From NCBI GenBank assembly GCA_965655095.1, contig CBFHFQ010000365.1, positions 1 through 64,000 of the forward strand: DNA of 64,000 bases. Direction: 5' to 3'. Shown here piece by piece: positions 63,512 through 64,000 of this stretch (its first letter is position 1; every line of letters starts with the position of its first letter). This stretch comes from Haplodiscus bocki (lineage: Eukaryota). The translations under genes and the position numbers were made by a program. Below the pieces are notes generated by a model. The model saw only the letters and a list, made by a program, of their open reading frames with translations. It was not told the DNA's origin and searched no databases.

Positions 63512-64000
63512 ATGGCAACATTGAGAAACAAGAGGAAATTAGCGGCAGTTTCAAGAGAAACGCCTGAAGGCAGTGGAAGCAGTAGAGGACAGACTGTACT
63601 TGACCATGAGTTAACCCAAGATTACATCTCCCAAATCTCCGAGGAGATTGAGGGGAGGGTAACCAAGAAACTCTCTAAGGAATTTAGCAAAACAGAGTCA
63701 CGTATCTTGGGTGCATTGTCGAAACTTGACGAGTTCCTTCTGAACCCACAAGTTCGGACTTGTTCCGTAGCTGTTCAAGGAACGTCCGCAAATGCTAATT
63801 CAGGAAACCGGGGAACTCATGGGGATCGCTCCTCAGATGATCCCTATCCCGAAGTGGGGTATTTTCCTCACCACTCTGGTCAACTCAGGGGCCCAGAGGC
63901 AGAAACCAACTCGCACATGGTGTCCGAAACCTACCCTCACATGGTGACAGGAGGTCCAGAAGAGATTCGTCACAATCCTCACACGATTACAGCAACTCAA
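63512..64000 (+). CDS. Open gag-like ORF, 5' part (163 codons, no stop before the window end)
   Basis: MATLRNKRKLAAVSRETPEG..QDYISQISEEIEGRVTKKLSKEFSKTESRILGALSKLDEFLLNPQV...; absent from the ORF track because no stop is reached. The gag label rests on position. Confidence 0.7.
   Translation, partial: MATLRNKRKLAAVSRETPEGSGSSRGQTVLDHELTQDYISQISEEIEGRVTKKLSKEFSKTESRILGALSKLDEFLLNPQVRTCSVAVQGTSANANSGNRGTHGDRSSDDPYPEVGYFPHHSGQLRGPEAETNSHMVSETYPHMVTGGPEEIRHNPHTITATQ
63942..63953 (+). promoter_or_regulatory. Candidate primer-binding site (tRNA-Leu-like); an alternative lies at 63918
   Basis: TGGTGACAGGAG follows ..CA at about the position where the solo and partial LTRs end; similar to the Leu-type PBS TGGTGTCAGGAG. 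Confidence 0.5.

Larger units (their letters stand above)
62158..64000 (+). mobile_element. 5' LTR (62158 to ~63917/63941) and start of the internal region of an LTR retrotransposon, running off the window
   Basis: Starts TGTCGCAGCAC like the solo LTR; TATA-like tatataaat at 62571; CA|TGGTG junctions at 63917/63918 and 63941/63942. Confidence 0.85.

Overview
AT-rich, eukaryotic (animal-like, by inference) DNA dominated by decayed mobile elements; almost every ORF in the supplied track is spurious or a fragment. Contents: (1) the last exon of a probable host sulfotransferase gene (2529-2799). (2) An end-to-end but heavily pseudogenised ~16.4 kb Maverick/Polinton endogenous virus (~13797-30171). 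Remnants of an adenain-type protease, two minor-capsid (penton-like) genes, a small amphipathic ORF, a packaging ATPase, a major capsid, a protein-primed PolB and an RVE integrase are recognisable. Its ends are unusual: a ~275 bp unit bounded by its own inverted arms sits in DIRECT orientation at both ends, while the sequence just inside is INVERTED, resembling parvovirus flip/flop termini. (3) A ~6.16 kb tandem duplication (5771-11930 / 11931-18090) copying the element's left end. (4) A fragment of a second Maverick with different gene order (~54050-57700). (5) An LTR-retrotransposon family with ~1.7 kb LTRs containing the first ~135 codons of the gag-like ORF, including a solo LTR with a CTAGT target duplication. 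(6) Non-autonomous Helentron-like elements, some with ~175 bp degenerate tandem repeats, others with tRNA-like heads plus ~117 bp repeats. All protein assignments come from manual translation and recalled family motifs, not database searches; pseudogene boundaries are approximate.
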